Shown here: positions 54,801 to 56,680 of the stretch, one piece after another
Numbering within the stretch: position 1 is the first letter of the stretch
Layout of the letters: each line of letters begins with the position of its first letter
Assembly: GCA_032718475.1 (NCBI GenBank)
Contig: JAUCBJ010000275.1
Span: forward strand, 1-56,680
DNA length: 56,680 bases
DNA from: Nemertoderma westbladi
Taxonomy: Eukaryota; Animalia; Xenacoelomorpha
Direction of reading: 5' to 3'
Translations under genes and position numbers: made by a program
The notes under the pieces: generated by a model
Told to the model about the DNA's origin: nothing
The model's database searches: none
What the model saw: only the letters and a program-made list of their open reading frames with translations

Positions 54801-56680
54801 AGACCTACACTACCATATATGTTGCATATATCTTCTAGAGGAGACCTACACTACCATATATGTTGCATATATCTTCTAGAGGAGACCTACACTACCATAT
54901 ATGTTGCATATATCTTCTAGAGGAGACCTACACTACCATATATGTTGCATATATCTTCTAGAGGAGACCTACACTACCATATATGTTGCATATATCTTCT
55001 AGAGGAGACCTACACTACCATATATGTTGCATATATCTTCTAGAGGAGACCTACACTACCATATATGTTGCATATATCTTCTAGAGGAGACCTACACTAC
55101 CATATATGTTGCATATATCTTCTAGAGGAGACCTACACTACCATATATGTTGCATATATCTTCTAGAGGAGACCTACACTACCATATATGTTGCATATAT
55201 CTTCTAGAGGAGACCTACACTACCATATATGTTGCATATATCTTCTAGAGGAGACCTACACTACCATATATGTTGCATATATCTTCTAGAGGAGACCTAC
55301 ACTACCATATATGTTGCATATATCTTCTAGAGGAGACCTACACTACCATATATGTTGCATATATCTTCTAGAGGAGACCTACACTACCATATATGTTGCA
55401 TATATCTTCTAGAGGAGACCTACACTACCATATATGTTGCATATATCTTCTAGAGGAGACCTACACTACCATATATGTTGCATATATCTTCTAGAGGAGA
55501 CCTACACTACCATATATGTTGCATATATCTTCTAGAGGAGACCTACACTACCATATATGTTGCATATATCTTCTAGAGGAGACCTACACTACCATATATG
55601 TTGCATATATCTTCTAGAGGAGACCTACACTACCATATATGTTGCATATATCTTCTAGAGGAGACCTACACTACCATATATGTTGCATATATCTTCTAGA
55701 GGAGACCTACACTACCATATATGTTGCATATATCTTCTAGAGGAGACCTACACTACCATATATGTTGCATATATCTTCTAGAGGAGACCTACACTACCAT
55801 ATATGTTGCATATATCTTCTAGAGGAGACCTACACTACCATATATGTTGCATATATCTTCTAGAGGAGACCTACACTACCATATATGTTGCATATATCTT
55901 CTAGAGGAGACCTACACTACCATATATGTTGCATATATCTTCTAGAGGAGACCTACACTACCATATATGTTGCATATATCTTCTAGAGGAGACCTACACT
56001 ACCATATATGTTGCATATATCTTCTAGAGGAGACCTACACTACCATATATGTTGCATATATCTTCTAGAGGAGACCTACACTACCATATATGTTGCATAT
56101 ATCTTCTAGAGGAGACCTACACTACCATATATGTTGCATATATCTTCTAGAGGAGACCTACACTACCATATATGTTGCATATATCTTCTAGAGGAGACCT
56201 ACACTACCATATATGTTGCATATATCTTCTAGAGGAGACCTACACTACCATATATGTTGCATATATCTTCTAGAGGAGACCTACACTACCATATATGTTG
56301 CATATATCTTCTAGAGGAGACCTACACTACCATATATGTTGCATATATCTTCTAGAGGAGACCTACACTACCATATATGTTGCATATATCTTCTAGAGGA
56401 GACCTACACTACCATATATGTTGCATATATCTTCTAGAGGAGACCTACACTACCATATATGTTGCATATATCTTCTAGAGGAGACCTACACTACCATATA
56501 TGTTGCATATATCTTCTAGAGGAGACCTACACTACCATATATGTTGCATATATCTTCTAGAGGAGACCTACACTACCATATATGTTGCATATATCTTCTA
56601 GAGGAGACCTACACTACCATATATGTTGCATATATCTTCTAGAGGAGACCTACACTACCATATATGTTGCATATATCTTC
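48896..56680. repeat. 41-bp tandem satellite TAGAGGAGACCTACACTACCATATATGTTGCATATATCTTC, ~190 copies, truncated by the window end
   Basis: Period read directly. One XbaI site (TCTAGA) per unit. Very few variants (GAGAC>GAAAC, TTGCA>TTACA, rare deletions); none seen after ~53500. Confidence 0.99.

Overview
Eukaryotic, almost certainly animal, genomic DNA that is about 91% tandem repeat. The species cannot be named from this window. Left to right: (1) a ~36.6 kb 52-bp satellite of ~700 monomers with nested higher-order duplications; (2) a short 3' fragment of a CRE-clade non-LTR retrotransposon (restriction-like endonuclease, RLE); (3) a ~6.7 kb degenerate hexamer array, (CCTGTA/CTTAGA)n, interrupted by a second, divergent, 5'-truncated CRE element with an intact RLE frame, an A-tail and an 11-12 bp target-site duplication; (4) a ~4.4 kb mostly unique island holding an intronless CCDC166-like coiled-coil gene with an RFX X-box upstream, decayed CR1-like and L2-like LINE remnants, and a 13-bp minisatellite; (5) a near-perfect 41-bp hairpin-containing satellite that runs off the window end. 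Two signals stand out. First, both CRE families join the hexamer array at the same phase (|CCTGTACTT), suggesting a sequence-specific target. Second, two arrays appear to be amplified pieces of the LINE coding sequence they abut: the 13-mer reads APSY (an L2 motif) in frame, and the 52-mer reads YGGLGIIN (resembling the CRE GGLGI motif). All family assignments come from motif recognition by eye; no search was run. The long low-complexity ORFs in the track are repeat artefacts.
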